34,992 nt of DNA from a virus (lineage: Duplodnaviria; Caudoviricetes). The position numbers and the translations under genes were made by a program. The stretch lies in IMG/VR virus record IMGVR_UViG_3300048598_000539, positions 1 through 34,992 of that record; one strand, given 5' to 3'. Position 1 is the stretch's first letter, and every line of letters begins with the position of its first letter. Positions 34,294 through 34,992 of this stretch are shown piece by piece. The notes beneath the pieces are model-generated. The model was not told where the DNA came from and ran no database searches. It saw only the letters and a list, made by a program, of their open reading frames with translations.

Positions 34294-34992
34294 ATGTACG
34301 CGATAGTGAAGAATCATAAGGCAGTTTACGCCTGGTCCGGCGATACCCCTGGTGTTGCCAGGGCATACCTCGAGCTCGCCGGGGGATTCGAGGAGATCGA
34401 CTCGAATACTAGCGATGCCTCGTCGAGGATCCTCTCGATGGGCGACGGCGTCTACCTAGTGTCGAATATCCCCGATTGGGTGGACATGGCCTCCGGCCGG
34501 GATATCCGCGAGTTCGATCCCGCGACATGGCGTCTGCTTCCCATTACCAAGCTCATCGAGCTTGGATACAAGAAGCTGGCCCCCTATGAGAAGCTGGTCG
34601 ACGGCGAGGTCGTCCTCAAGACGCACATGGAGCAGATGCGGGACGGCGTCATAGAGCTGCCCTACGGAATGAAAGTCATCCCCGACCCGTCGGCCCAGGA
34701 TGGCCTCGGGCTGGACAAGATGACCATCGCCGAGATGGTCGCCGCAGGGCAGCTCACGCAGGCCGAGGCGGACGCCGCCACGCTCGCGGAGGTCGCCGAC
34801 AAGCGGAGCGACCTGCTTAATGCGGCACAATGGCGCATCGACAGGTACAGGGATCAGGTGGACGCCGGCGACACGCCCAACGATACCAAGGACACCTACA
34901 AGGCGCTCCTGAAATACAAGCAGGCCCTCCGCGACATCTCGACGCAGGAAGGCTATCCGTACTCCGTGGTGTGGCCGGAGGTCGTGTCCTAG
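34294..34992 (+). CDS. Tail fibre assembly chaperone
   Basis: C-terminal KRSDLL...YKQALRDISTQEGYPYSVVWP. Confidence 0.8.
   Translation: MYAIVKNHKAVYAWSGDTPGVARAYLELAGGFEEIDSNTSDASSRILSMGDGVYLVSNIPDWVDMASGRDIREFDPATWRLLPITKLIELGYKKLAPYEKLVDGEVVLKTHMEQMRDGVIELPYGMKVIPDPSAQDGLGLDKMTIAEMVAAGQLTQAEADAATLAEVADKRSDLLNAAQWRIDRYRDQVDAGDTPNDTKDTYKALLKYKQALRDISTQEGYPYSVVWPEVVS

Larger units (their letters stand above)
322..34992. mobile_element. Mu-like transposable prophage with siphovirus-type tail; right end beyond window
   Basis: Contains a DDE transposase, MuB ATPase, GemA, DUF3164, DUF3486 TerS, DUF935 portal, MuF and gp36/gpG-like genes. Composition changes abruptly and a TG dinucleotide occurs at 322. 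No sheath gene seen. Confidence 0.93.

Noticed and set aside
30298-34992. Diversity-generating retroelement or invertible fibre cassette
   Set aside because: No reverse transcriptase, template repeat, invertase or inverted repeats in the window; the unseen right end remains untested.
1-34992. CRISPR array, rRNA or IS element
   Set aside because: No repeat-spacer array or rRNA-like sequence seen; the only transposase is the phage MuA.

Overview
The window holds the left ~34.7 kb of a transposable (Mu-like) prophage. It is inserted in a host EamA/DMT transporter gene, whose 3' remnant occupies 1-321 (-). The predicted left end starts with TG at 322; the right end is outside the window. The early/transposition operon is inverted and reads toward the left end: ner-like, DDE transposase, MuB ATPase, DUF3102, DUF3164, gemA and two HTH_17 genes. 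Next come a central XRE/S24 repressor, lysis genes, a Mu-type terminase and portal, MuF, three accessory genes (a Mu DNA-binding-domain protein, an ASCH-like protein and a DNA methyltransferase), protease/scaffold, a lambda-E-type capsid and a non-contractile tail with fibre genes. The most interesting features are absent from the ORF track: (1) MuF has no start codon and seems reachable only by a -1 shift at an A9/A_AAA_AAG run at the end of the portal gene, giving a ~995-aa portal-MuF-LPD3-like fusion, followed by a structured RNA and an antisense promoter; (2) two homologous ~70-nt antisense sRNA units whose -10 boxes overlap the start codons of the first two early genes; (3) a ~113-nt tRNA-like RNA inside the early operon; (4) two dual-coding regions (nested HTH_17 genes, and fully overlapping spanin-like genes); (5) a late-promoter motif found three times, with no recognisable Mor/C activator. 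All protein calls come from motif recognition by eye; no database searches were run.
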